From: Akkermansiaceae bacterium
GTDB lineage: Bacteria > Verrucomicrobiota > Verrucomicrobiia > Verrucomicrobiales > Akkermansiaceae
Reading direction: 5' to 3'
Length of the DNA stretch: 32,029 nucleotides
Assembly (NCBI GenBank): GCA_020627645.1
Contig: JAHDGN010000003.1
Location: 1 to 32,029 of the forward strand
This document shows positions 9,926-19,613 of the stretch, one piece after another (position 1 is the stretch's first letter; each line of letters starts with the position of its first letter). A program made the translations under genes and the position numbers. The notes under the pieces were generated by a model. The model saw only the letters and a program-made list of their open reading frames with translations. It was not told the origin of the DNA and searched no databases.

Positions 9926-10759
9926 TTAGCGGCGGCGGCGTGAGAGGAAGCCGATCGATGCAAGAGTCGCCATGAGGATTGAGCTCGGCTCGGGGACTAA
10001 TCCAGGGACTCCACCGTCAACCGAGAAACGTAGAACCTCATTTCCACCTTGGAGATTGGTTAGGGTCCAGACTGACTGACTGATGGCTTGGCTTGGGTCT
10101 GCTTGGACTGGCTCGCCTGCATTTAAGGCTGGGAAAGGAAAAGCTGACTGTGTGTTTCCCTTCCCAAGGAGTCCTAGAAAGACAGAGTTACCAGGGGCTG
10201 TGCTTACGTCATCAAAAATAGCGTTTCCTCCGCTGTATGAAGATGGGTTGATCGCGTTGTAAACTAAGCTTGAAGTAAGGTTAACCTGGCTCCCGTTGCC
10301 GTCGAAGGTGGCGAGGGTCGCATCCAATGTCATCCCCATTGTATTGAGGAGGGTTGCCAGGCCACCATCGGGAGCGAAGGTTGTGCTTGATCTTGTCACA
10401 AGCGGCTCTGCGAAAGTAAATGTGAATGTCAGGGAATCAGGGAGGACATCGTCGTTGTCGGGATCGAGGTCAAAATCGAGGTAGGTGTTGGGAAATGACG
10501 GGCTGAAGTCGCCGAGGCTCGCAGTTATTGGCTCGCCGTTAGCTGTTGACCACGCTATCGTGACGGGTTGGGGTGCTTGGTCCCAGGCATAGCCATTGAG
10601 GGCGCTGCCGGTGTCGTAGGTCGCTCCGGTTGGAGTGATGTTGATGGTTTCGTCGGAACCAGTTGGAAACGCGAAAGTTGTGGGCCATGTCCAAGCTGCG
10701 GTAGCATATTGAGATGCAACCGAAGAAAGGGCTATTATCAAGGGGGCGATATTTTTCAT
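9926..10759 (-). CDS. PEP-CTERM sorting domain-containing surface protein
   Basis: Signal peptide, and C-terminal VPEPSSILMATLASIGFLSRRRR. Confidence 0.92.
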   Translation of the reverse strand: MKNIAPLIIALSSVASQYATAAWTWPTTFAFPTGSDETINITPTGATYDTGSALNGYAWDQAPQPVTIAWSTANGEPITASLGDFSPSFPNTYLDFDLDPDNDDVLPDSLTFTFTFAEPLVTRSSTTFAPDGGLATLLNTMGMTLDATLATFDGNGSQVNLTSSLVYNAINPSSYSGGNAIFDDVSTAPGNSVFLGLLGKGNTQSAFPFPALNAGEPVQADPSQAISQSVWTLTNLQGGNEVLRFSVDGGVPGLVPEPSSILMATLASIGFLSRRRR

Positions 10760-10973
10760 AACAGAGAGATCGAGTAGAATGGATATTAATCGTTGGCAAC
10801 TCTAAAAATTGGTTGGTTTTCCTGTTCTGTGGATTCGTCGGGCTTGCTGAGATGGTGTGGGGGTTTTGAGAGTTTGGATGCGCTTGACTCCTAAATTGTC
10901 GTGATCATCGAAAAATCAGTGAGTTTTATGAGTAGGGGGAAAAGTTGCAATGATTCCAGAACGGCATTTGGGG

Positions 10974-11873
10974 TCATCGGGTCCTGTGGAAGCTCAGAGC
11001 GGCCAGTCCGAGAAAAGTAAGAAATATGGAGCTGGGTTCGGGAACAACAGCAAGGGCTTGTTTAAAGGAGTCGTCGTATTGTTTACCCTGGACTGAGAAG
11101 CGAAACTGAGAGTCAGGGTTCAATGCTTGCCCGTTCGTATCGATGCCGGACCAGGTTATTGTCTGGATATAAAAGGGTTCAAAATCGCCATCAACAATGC
11201 CATTGGATGGACTATCAGTTGCTCCATTCCATGCTCCGTTGCGTTCGCTGTCGACTCCGCCAAAGCGAATCCAAGATTGGGCGTTTGAGGCGGTGGATCC
11301 CGGCCATGTTCCAGAGTAGTTTCCCGTTAGTGAGCCGGCAGCCAGAGTTCCTTCGTTCGTATGACTGCCGAAGCCCGCGGGAGGACTGATGTAGAAATCA
11401 GCGTTGGTGCTTAGGCCTCGTTGAGCTGTGGTTGCATCAAGGACTTCGATGATTCCTCCTAGGGTTGCCTCGAATTCGATTGAGTCTGATTGGGTCGGAA
11501 ATAATCCTAGGGATGCGCCGATGCCCTGAGCGGGGCCAATGGCTGCAATTGGCTGTGCAAAATCTCCGGTAATTTCAAATCCCTTGACGTTGATAAGGTT
11601 TGACAGGGTTCCTCCTGAAAAATTTGCGGAATGAGGAAGGTTTGGATCGAATGGGATCAGGGTTGCGGTGATGTTGAGGGTTGTGCCATCGCGGGCCATT
11701 AAGATGTTTTTCATTGTTCCTGTCCCGGAAAATCCGCTGACAAAGAGTGAGTTAGCAGAGATTGTTCCATCACCTGTCCAAGTGGTTGATCCATTGGCGG
11801 AGAGTGCAATGGCGGCATGAGACGTCTGGGTGATGAGGGCAATTGTGAATGCTAGGTGTTTTGTTTTTTTCAT
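10974..11873 (-). CDS. PEP-CTERM sorting domain-containing surface protein
   Basis: Signal peptide (SHA-A), and C-terminal VPEPSSIFLTFLGLAALSFHRTR. Confidence 0.92.
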   Translation of the reverse strand: MKKTKHLAFTIALITQTSHAAIALSANGSTTWTGDGTISANSLFVSGFSGTGTMKNILMARDGTTLNITATLIPFDPNLPHSANFSGGTLSNLINVKGFEITGDFAQPIAAIGPAQGIGASLGLFPTQSDSIEFEATLGGIIEVLDATTAQRGLSTNADFYISPPAGFGSHTNEGTLAAGSLTGNYSGTWPGSTASNAQSWIRFGGVDSERNGAWNGATDSPSNGIVDGDFEPFYIQTITWSGIDTNGQALNPDSQFRFSVQGKQYDDSFKQALAVVPEPSSIFLTFLGLAALSFHRTR

Positions 11874-12001
11874 TGAGAGTTGTGTATTTACAACTCATAT
11901 TAATTGCGGTCAAAAAATAAAATATTAGATTAAATTGCCTAAAAAATTATAACGAATTTAACTTGTTGTTTTTTAGTTTTTTATGGAAAATTGGATGGTT
12001 T

Positions 12002-13102
12002 TTAAAGCCTCAAAATTATTTCATTGCCCATTGAGGACGTGGTGGAAAGAGTTTCATCGGAGGCGCCAGTTGCGATGTCAGAAGTTCGAAATCCATCGGA
12101 AATGGTCTTTTTGACGGCTTCATGAATCGAGGTGCTCACTTCAGGCAACCCTAGGGAGTATTGAAAAAGAAGTGCTAGTGAGAGAACTTGCGCGACAGGG
12201 TTCGCGGTATTTTTGCCGGCGATGTCTGGAGCGGACCCGCCGGATGGTTCGTAGAGTCCAAAGGTTAGGCCGGTCGAATTTTGATTTCCGAGGGAGGCGG
12301 ATGGCAGCATTCCTAAAGATCCTGATAGGATTGCTAGTTCATCAGAGAGGATATCGCCAAACAGATTGCTAGTCAGTATTGTATCAAAAGAGGTGGGGTG
12401 TTTTATTAATTGCATGGAAGCATTATCAACATACATATGTGAAAGCTTAACATCGGGATAGTTCAGGGAAACTTCATTGACGGTCTCTCGCCAGAGAAGC
12501 GAATTTTGAAGAACGTTTGCTTTGTCAACTGAGAGTAGTTCGTTGTTTCTTTTCTGTGCGGCTTGGAAGGCAATGTGTGCGATGCGTTCTATTTCAGACT
12601 TGCAGTAGACCATGGTGTCAATGGCTTGCACGTCTCCATTTGGAAGGTTCGTGATTGATTTGGGCTGTCCGAAGTAGATTCCGCCTGTGAGTTCGCGAAC
12701 ACAGAGGATATCGAATCCATTGGGGATGAGTTCATTTTTGATGGGGGAGGAGTGGGTGAGAGCGGGGTGGCAAATGCCCGGGCGGAGATTGGCATAGAGA
12801 TTAAATTGTTTGCGGAGAGGAAGGAGAGCACCGCGTTCAGGCTGTTGGTCGGGGGGAAGGTTTTCCCATTTGGGACCACCCACGGAGCCAAATAGAATAG
12901 CGTCGGCTTGTTCACATGCACTCATTGTTTCGGGTGGGAGTGGTGATCCGGTCGCATCAATGGCTGCGCCTCCAACGAGATGTGAGCTGTGAGTTATTTT
13001 TAGGTCAAACTTGGTTTTGACAGCTTCAAGGACCTGAATGGCAACGGTCATGACTTCAGGGCCGATTCCGTCACCTGGTAGGACTGCAATATGCGGTGGC
13101 AT
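12002..13102 (-). CDS. leuB: 3-isopropylmalate dehydrogenase
   Basis: [52 protein letters not shown] and [13 protein letters not shown]. Confidence 0.97.
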   Translation of the reverse strand: MPPHIAVLPGDGIGPEVMTVAIQVLEAVKTKFDLKITHSSHLVGGAAIDATGSPLPPETMSACEQADAILFGSVGGPKWENLPPDQQPERGALLPLRKQFNLYANLRPGICHPALTHSSPIKNELIPNGFDILCVRELTGGIYFGQPKSITNLPNGDVQAIDTMVYCKSEIERIAHIAFQAAQKRNNELLSVDKANVLQNSLLWRETVNEVSLNYPDVKLSHMYVDNASMQLIKHPTSFDTILTSNLFGDILSDELAILSGSLGMLPSASLGNQNSTGLTFGLYEPSGGSAPDIAGKNTANPVAQVLSLALLFQYSLGLPEVSTSIHEAVKKTISDGFRTSDIATGASDETLSTTSSMGNEIILRL

Positions 13103-13159
13103 GGGGAGGAGATAGGCGATGGAGGTCTTCTGTTTAAGCTAATTCGATGGAGAAATACG

Positions 13160-13195
13160 AATTTTAATTGCATACAATTAAAATTTTGCTACTCT
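13160..13195 (+). promoter_or_regulatory. Putative promoter (TTGCAT-N16-TACTCT with TG extension) overlapped by an 11-bp perfect inverted repeat
   Basis: AATTTTAATTG-CATA-CAATTAAAATT at 13160-13185. The -10 element ends 6 nt before the ATG at 13202. Confidence 0.6.
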
Positions 13196-13201
13196 GGCTA
13201 A

Positions 13202-16200
13202 ATGTTTAAAAATTGCCTTCTGTTTTTGAGCTTGGTTCCTTTGGTCGCTTCTGGTGATCAAGTTTATGGTCCAATTGGGATCTGGGGAACGCATTGGACC
13301 GGTTCGCAATGGGGGAATGAGATTACGGTTTTAAGAGTTGATGCGGGATCGCCAGCGGACGGGATTGTGCCTGTGGGGGCGGTCATCAATGGGGCTGGAG
13401 GCGAAGTTTTTCAGTCAAATGTCAGGAAGGAGTTGGCGGCTGCTATCGATATCGCTGAAACGGCCTCTGCGGGCGGGCGTTTGGAATTGATGATCAAAGG
13501 GGAGGCTCCAGTGACGGTGACTTTGGATGTGATGGGGGCCTACAGTGCGACTGCACCGTATGATTGCCCAAAGTCGTCCGCGATTTTGGCAAAATATGAA
13601 GGTCGGATGGCTGGGAGAAAACCGAGCCAAAGATTTGTGTCATTGTTGATGAGGACCGCGATTGGGAATGGTCATTCGATGGCGAACCTCGCTGGCTATG
13701 AATGGCCTGAGGTTGATCCTGATGGGAAGGTCTGGACATGGGGTTACCAATGTTTGGCGTTGTGCGAGTATTATTTGCAAACTTTGGATCAGCGAGTTTT
13801 GGGGGATATTGAAGCCTTGACGAGTTTATTGGTGAACGGGGCCGATGCGGGTGGTTTGTGGGGACACAATGCGAAGGCTGAATCGGGAAGGTTGAATGGT
13901 TATGCTCAGATGAATCAGACTTCATTGCCTAGTTTTATTGCCTTACAGTTGGCGAAAAGGTGTGGGGTGAACGTTCCTGGGTTGCAGGATGTTTTGGATA
14001 AAAATTATCGGTTTTATCGTGGTTTTGTGGGGAGAGGGACTCCTCCTTATGGGGTTCATCAGGCAAATGGTTGGACCTGGAACAACAATGGGATGAGTGC
14101 TTTGGCCGCGATTGCTATGAGTTTGTGGGGGGATGTTGAGGGGACCGAATTTTTTGCACGATTAGCTGCTGGATCTCACGAGGAGCTAGAGACGGGACAT
14201 TCAACGCATGCTTTCAATCTGATGTGGACTCCGATGGGGGTTTCCTTGTTGGGGCCAGAAGTAATGAATGAGTTTTTTGAGGAATCTAAGTGGCTGTATA
14301 CGATGGCTCGCAAGTGGAACGGGGATTTTCATTTTGATGGTTCCCAAGAGGGGAAAATGAGATGGCAGTATGCCATGGCGAGTCCTTATTTGGTTGCGAG
14401 GCGCAATTCATTTGTGATGGGGAAAGTGGCAGATGAGTCTGTGTGGTTATCGGGAGAAGGCGCCGTAGAAGCTGTGGCGGTAGGGAAATCGTCTTATTTT
14501 AATTCCAAATCGTTGGCTGAATTAGTTGATTATGGGGGGAGTCAATTGCCGCAAATATGGAAGAGGGCTTATTTTCCTTTGCGGGGAATGGAGTCTGGGG
14601 GACAGGTCATTCCCAGGCTCGTCGAAAGGTTTTCGTCTGACAATGTCTGGGAGAGAAAGGGGGCGGTGGCTTATTTTGGGGAGAGGTGTCCGAAGTCTAC
14701 GCAATTGGCTCGAGCCAGTGACTTAGTTGCGATATTGAGGGACCAGAGCGAGGATGATATCGTGCGAGTTGAGGCTGCGATATCGTTGTCATTTCTGGGG
14801 GCTGATGGAAGGAGTTACTATGGTGATATTTTAGATTATCTTTTGGAAGGCCAGGATGGCGATGAGCTAGGAGTGATGGAAGAAGAGTTGGCGGTTGCCC
14901 TTGGACGAATTGAGGCTCAGCCTTTTAAGGGGAGTGGAGTTCCCGATCAGGTGAAACATGTCGAAGTTGCCCTTAAGTTGATGCGTCATAAACGGCAGTC
15001 GGTTCGGGGGATTGGGGTTTCGATGTTACGAGGAATACCTAAGGAGGAATTCCATACAATTGCGGGGGATATTTTGCATGTGATTCGCGATGAGGATTTG
15101 AGTTATCATTCGTATCACAATCCGATGGGGCCTGTGGCAGGAGGGATTAATGTTCTAGCTGATATCGGGGTAGCTGATGGTCTGGTGTATGCCTTGGAGA
15201 TTGAGGATCGTTTTCCGAGTCAGAAGTTTGGTTTTCGAGCGCGCGCGACTTGGGATGTCTTTAAGGTTTATGGATCCGCGGCTCAGGAGGCTCTGGAAGA
15301 GTATCGAATTAAGCACAATCATCGGACCAACTGGAACCAGCTTCAGGGGCATTGGGATGCCATGTTGGCTGTCGTAGAGGGGGAGTCAACTGATCCGAGA
15401 GAGTTGTTTTCTCTAGCTGAGGCGATTGCGGAGGGTGGAGATCCGGTGGGGAGCTATGGCAATTGGGCTGCGATGTTTGAGGGGGGGAAGCTCAATGATG
15501 GAGAAGATGATTTGGATGGTGATGGTATGGCCAATCGTGAGGAGTGGATTTGGGGGAGTGACGCGGAGAGTGCTGATTCGAAAGGGCCAAAGTTGTTGTC
15601 CGTGGGAGGTGAGGGGCAGTTTCAATATCTTCGAAGGCTGGCCGAGGAGACAAATTTTGAGTATCGTTACGAATGGCTGAGTGGAGGAGTGTGGACCAGC
15701 TTGGAGGTTGATAGTGAGTCTGAGCAAGCTGGAGAAGATGAGGGCAGAGAGAAGTGGTTGGTGATGGCGGAAGGAGCTAAGGGGGAAACGATTAGAGTCG
15801 TTGCAGCTGATCCTAGTGGGCATGATGGGTTTTTGGTCAGGTCGGAGGGAATTCGTTTAGTTTTGGGCGAAAATCCGATGGCTATCATCGTGACAGATGG
15901 TGTGGGGGGAGTGGCGCCGGTTACGATTGAATTTGATGGGACAAGATCTTTTTCTCCTGTTGGGAATATCGTCTCTTATCAATGGGATTTTGGTGATGGC
16001 TCGGTCGCGTCGGGGCCTGTGGTTTCTCATGTCTTCGGATCGGGGACTTATAGAGCCTCCTTGACGATTCTAAACGAGCAGGGGGTGGGAGCTGTTCAGG
16101 CTGTGACGATTGTGAATGAGAGTTCATATCGTCTGCAGGCTGAAGACGCCGTTGTGACGTCAGCAGCCATTGAAAACAACCATGCTGGTCATCGGGGAAG

Positions 16201-16888
16201 TGGTTTTGTCAATTTACAGTCTAGTGGAAGTTCGGTTGAATGGATTAACGTTGATGGAGGTGAAGGAGGTGAGACAGGAATTGTTTTTCGACATGCGTTG
16301 GGGAACAACCCACGGGAAGTTCGTTTAGTTGTGAATGGGGTAGCTCAGTCGATGGTGTTTGATTCTTCAGGTGGGTGGGCTGAGTGGAGGGATAAAATTG
16401 TGTCGGTGAATCTTGATGCTGGCGAAAGCAATACTATTAAAATTGAGACGATCGGCCAAGATTCGGCCAATCTGGATGAACTTGAAGTTCTGAGGGGATC
16501 AGACCGTCTTTTGTCTTATGAGGATTGGCAAAGAAGTCATGATTGGGGGGGGCGTTTTTCGGAATTTCAGAGTGTAAATGATGACCCTGACGGAGACGGG
16601 GTTCCAAACGGTTTGGAGTGGGTTTTTGGGGCTTCACCGGTCAAAAGGAACAATGAGAGTTTGTTGGTTCAAAAGATCAATCGAGATTCTGTTGTCATCG
16701 AATTCCCGAAGTCTTCGCCTCATTTTAGATCTGTTTTTCAGAGCAGCCAAGATCTGGTCACCTGGACTGAAATTCCTGAAAGTCAGGAGCGATATCATGT
16801 TAATTCTGGGAAATACTTTTTTGAGCACGCGATTGATTTGGGCCGGGAAGAGAGATCATACTACCGGGTTCGTTTCGAAGTCGAGTAG
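13202..16888 (+). CDS. Large secreted DUF6288-type protein: PDZ-like and alpha/alpha-barrel-like region, HEAT-like repeats, PKD domain, CBM35/CBM6-like module, verrucomicrobial C-terminal domain
   Basis: GPIGIWG, VDAGSPADG, YSATAPYDCPKS, GYAQMNQ and ETGHS resemble DUF6288 proteins. PKD signature SYQWDFGDG. CBM signature QAEDA...GHRGSGFVN...GWAEW...ANLDELEV. Confidence 0.8.
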   Translation: MFKNCLLFLSLVPLVASGDQVYGPIGIWGTHWTGSQWGNEITVLRVDAGSPADGIVPVGAVINGAGGEVFQSNVRKELAAAIDIAETASAGGRLELMIKGEAPVTVTLDVMGAYSATAPYDCPKSSAILAKYEGRMAGRKPSQRFVSLLMRTAIGNGHSMANLAGYEWPEVDPDGKVWTWGYQCLALCEYYLQTLDQRVLGDIEALTSLLVNGADAGGLWGHNAKAESGRLNGYAQMNQTSLPSFIALQLAKRCGVNVPGLQDVLDKNYRFYRGFVGRGTPPYGVHQANGWTWNNNGMSALAAIAMSLWGDVEGTEFFARLAAGSHEELETGHSTHAFNLMWTPMGVSLLGPEVMNEFFEESKWLYTMARKWNGDFHFDGSQEGKMRWQYAMASPYLVARRNSFVMGKVADESVWLSGEGAVEAVAVGKSSYFNSKSLAELVDYGGSQLPQIWKRAYFPLRGMESGGQVIPRLVERFSSDNVWERKGAVAYFGERCPKSTQLARASDLVAILRDQSEDDIVRVEAAISLSFLGADGRSYYGDILDYLLEGQDGDELGVMEEELAVALGRIEAQPFKGSGVPDQVKHVEVALKLMRHKRQSVRGIGVSMLRGIPKEEFHTIAGDILHVIRDEDLSYHSYHNPMGPVAGGINVLADIGVADGLVYALEIEDRFPSQKFGFRARATWDVFKVYGSAAQEALEEYRIKHNHRTNWNQLQGHWDAMLAVVEGESTDPRELFSLAEAIAEGGDPVGSYGNWAAMFEGGKLNDGEDDLDGDGMANREEWIWGSDAESADSKGPKLLSVGGEGQFQYLRRLAEETNFEYRYEWLSGGVWTSLEVDSESEQAGEDEGREKWLVMAEGAKGETIRVVAADPSGHDGFLVRSEGIRLVLGENPMAIIVTDGVGGVAPVTIEFDGTRSFSPVGNIVSYQWDFGDGSVASGPVVSHVFGSGTYRASLTILNEQGVGAVQAVTIVNESSYRLQAEDAVVTSAAIENNHAGHRGSGFVNLQSSGSSVEWINVDGGEGGETGIVFRHALGNNPREVRLVVNGVAQSMVFDSSGGWAEWRDKIVSVNLDAGESNTIKIETIGQDSANLDELEVLRGSDRLLSYEDWQRSHDWGGRFSEFQSVNDDPDGDGVPNGLEWVFGASPVKRNNESLLVQKINRDSVVIEFPKSSPHFRSVFQSSQDLVTWTEIPESQERYHVNSGKYFFEHAIDLGREERSYYRVRFEVE

Positions 16889-17178
16889 ATGCTACTTTCA
16901 TCCTTGTTTGGAGATTGTGGTGATCTTGGAGAGAAGGTTATCTCGTTTTTTCTCGGCGGACTGGTGTCTTGTCGTGTCAAACCTGGTGATCGAACTTGGT
17001 TTCGATTTTTTGGGTCTTTTGGGTATCGAAAGACCGATGGAATAATGAGTTGGCGAGTGTGGTTAGTAGGATGGAGTGGAAGAATAGATCACAAGTGGGG
17101 GTCATTGCGTCCGAAGAAGTTTTGTAAAGAATAAGCGATTGAGCTTTTCAAAAATCCGGGAGATTTCAAATCTTCGGA

Positions 17179-18492
17179 GTGAGGTCTATTTTTGTGAGTT
17201 TAGTATTTGTAGGGGTGCTCGGTGCTCGAGAGGTGGATCAACTGGTGAAGGATTTTGTTGGAGATCGCGCTTTGAAGACGGCTTCTGCGGGGCTTGTGGT
17301 GTTACCGATGGAGGGAGGGGACGCTGTGGCTGAATGGGATGGGGACCGGGCTTTGATTCCGGCTTCGGTGATGAAAGCAGTGACGACTGCGACCGCCCTA
17401 CAGATTTTGGGGCCAGATTATGTCTTTGAGACTCGTTTATTCCTAAAAGGGGATGATTTGGTTATTGTTGGGGGAGGGGATCCAACGTTGGGTTCGACAA
17501 GCCTGACTGTTGATTTTGAGGGTTGGGTGAAAGCGTTGAAGAATGCCGGGGTGTCTGAAATTAGAGGGGATGTGATTGGGGATGGTTCGCGCTTTGAGTC
17601 AAGGAGGGCGGTGAATGATTGGCCATGGGGAGACGTCGGGAATTATTATGGAGCGGGACCTTCTGGTTTGAATTTTCATATGAATTCTTTTCGGGTGACC
17701 TTTGCGCCGGGGGTGGTCGGGAAGAGTGCTTCTTTGAGAAGTGTGTGGCCCAAACCTCCAGGGGTGGTTTTTGAGAATTTTATGAAGACGGGGCCGGCTG
17801 GGAGTGGTGATCGTGGCTATGTGTATGGAGGGCCAGGAGCGAAACGGATGTCGTTTAGAGGGAGCGTTCCTGCTGGTGGAGAATTTTCGATCCGAGGGGC
17901 TTTACCAGATCCGGCTCTACTTTGCGTTGAGTCGCTGAGAGATTATCTTGAAACGGAAGGGATCGCTGTTTTGGGGCAAGCTTTAGTGGAAAAGCGGGAG
18001 GTTCGAGGGTTGAAGCCGTTGGCTGTGACCAAGAGTCCGTCGTTGTTGAAGATCATTGAGGGAACAAATCGTCGGAGTGTGAATTTGTACGCTGATTCAA
18101 TCTTTAAGGCACTCACGACAAGTGGAACGACTGAGGCGTCGTCTTGGAAGTTGCGCGAGCACTGGAAAAAGCAAGGGGTTGATCTCACGGGATTTACGAT
18201 TCACGACGGTTCGGGATTGTCTCCGAGAGGGACGGTAACAGCCCGGCAAATTGCGGAGATTTTGCGTCTGGCCCGGAAACATGCAACGGGAGATCAGTTT
18301 TATCGATCTTTGCCTTCAAGATTTGGGGGGAGAGCGAAATCGGGTAGCATGACGAGGGTTCGATCATTTGGCGGGTATTTTGTGGCAAAAAGTGGGAAGG
18401 AATTTGTTTTTGTCGTGATGGTTAATAATCAAGTTTCAAGCGTAAGTGGGGCTATTGATCGGGTCGTTTTGGGGCTTAAAAACGTTTTGTAG
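17179..18492 (+). CDS. dacB: D-alanyl-D-alanine carboxypeptidase/endopeptidase, peptidase S13 (PBP4)
   Basis: SxxK motif PASVMK, GGGDPTL, SxN motif RRSVNLYA, DGSGLS, and KTG-like AKSGS. Confidence 0.92.
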   Translation: MRSIFVSLVFVGVLGAREVDQLVKDFVGDRALKTASAGLVVLPMEGGDAVAEWDGDRALIPASVMKAVTTATALQILGPDYVFETRLFLKGDDLVIVGGGDPTLGSTSLTVDFEGWVKALKNAGVSEIRGDVIGDGSRFESRRAVNDWPWGDVGNYYGAGPSGLNFHMNSFRVTFAPGVVGKSASLRSVWPKPPGVVFENFMKTGPAGSGDRGYVYGGPGAKRMSFRGSVPAGGEFSIRGALPDPALLCVESLRDYLETEGIAVLGQALVEKREVRGLKPLAVTKSPSLLKIIEGTNRRSVNLYADSIFKALTTSGTTEASSWKLREHWKKQGVDLTGFTIHDGSGLSPRGTVTARQIAEILRLARKHATGDQFYRSLPSRFGGRAKSGSMTRVRSFGGYFVAKSGKEFVFVVMVNNQVSSVSGAIDRVVLGLKNVL

Positions 18493-18549
18493 GTTTCTTT
18501 TCGAATAATTTGGCGCTATGGTTCGTTAATTCTAGACATAGCAGGTAAA

Positions 18550-19557
18550 ATGAAAGCGGGGTTAATTTTTCAAGTCATATTCGTCCTTCCACTATTTCTT
18601 TGTGTTTCTTGCAAACGCGCGGATGTGAATCATCAGATTTCTGAACAAGCATTAGATGACCTTCAGGGGCAAGTTTCCGATTTGGCAAAGGATCTCGCTG
18701 CTCTGGGAGAAAGAAAAGAAAGTCTTCATGTTAACAATGACAAGCTCGTTGGGGAGTTGACTCAGTTAGTGAAGGATCTGGAGAGCAAGATTAAGAAGTT
18801 GGAGGAAAAACGAGTTTCTGTATCGGAGGATGGTGAAAAGGCCGATGTTGAGGAGCTAAGGAGGGTGGCGAGAGAAAAAGTGATCGGGGAAACTCACGCG
18901 AAGCTGGTCACGACATCAGGGAAGAAATTTTCCAATGTGAAAGTGATGAAAGTGACTGATTATGGGGTGACGTTCCGATACAAGAATCGTTTTTTGAGGG
19001 TTCCTTATTGGGAATTGCCTCAGACCTGGCACGAGCGTCTTTTTGTTGACTGGGAGAAGGTAGCAATTGCGCAAGAGGAGAATCTTGCGAAGAAGGAGAA
19101 GAGTAAAAAGGAGAAGAAAGAGAAAGAGAAGGTCGAGAAAGGGAGGGATGAGATGATGATGGAGGTTCTGGAAAGGTTGAAAAATTTGGAAGCAAAGAGA
19201 GCGAATGAGGGAGGTTTTCAAGAGCGAAACGAAATTGTTATTCGTGATCACTTGGTTGAGCCTGATCGAGTGATTGTGGTTCCTCACGAAAGGACAATCA
19301 TTCGAGAGGTGCCGAGGGTGGATCCGTTTCGCACTAGACCCAGCGTGAGGCCTCGTCCAACGATTCGCCCGACTCCGAGGCCTAGTCGGCCTTCAGGTGG
19401 ACAGGTGACTCCTTATCGGCCGACGAATCGTCCGGTTGGACGGCCGACCAGCCGCCCGACTCCTTCAAGTCGGCCGGTCGTGACTCCGCCTAGTCGTCCG
19501 GTTGTCCCGTCTCGGCCGACCAATCGTCCAGTGGTTACTCGGCCGACTCGGAAGTAA
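18550..19557 (+). CDS. Hypothetical lipoprotein with coiled coils and a Pro/Arg-rich disordered tail
   Basis: Lipobox-like CVSC, heptad coiled-coil region, a central LVTTSGKKFSNVKV domain and an RP-repeat C-terminus. Confidence 0.75.
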   Translation: MKAGLIFQVIFVLPLFLCVSCKRADVNHQISEQALDDLQGQVSDLAKDLAALGERKESLHVNNDKLVGELTQLVKDLESKIKKLEEKRVSVSEDGEKADVEELRRVAREKVIGETHAKLVTTSGKKFSNVKVMKVTDYGVTFRYKNRFLRVPYWELPQTWHERLFVDWEKVAIAQEENLAKKEKSKKEKKEKEKVEKGRDEMMMEVLERLKNLEAKRANEGGFQERNEIVIRDHLVEPDRVIVVPHERTIIREVPRVDPFRTRPSVRPRPTIRPTPRPSRPSGGQVTPYRPTNRPVGRPTSRPTPSSRPVVTPPSRPVVPSRPTNRPVVTRPTRK

Positions 19558-19613
19558 GTCATTTGGTTGAGCATCAGTTGCCTGATGAGGAAAGTTTTGG
19601 TAGCTTCCTCGGC

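Noticed and set aside
16889..17134. 81-aa + strand ORF (and a ~42-aa minus-strand ORF) in the gap before dacB
   Set aside because: No recognisable motif, signal or translation signal, so coding status cannot be supported.
19320..19557. Repeated CGGCCGAC units as a CRISPR or DNA repeat array
   Set aside because: Short, irregularly spaced and in frame with Arg-Pro codons; no cas genes.
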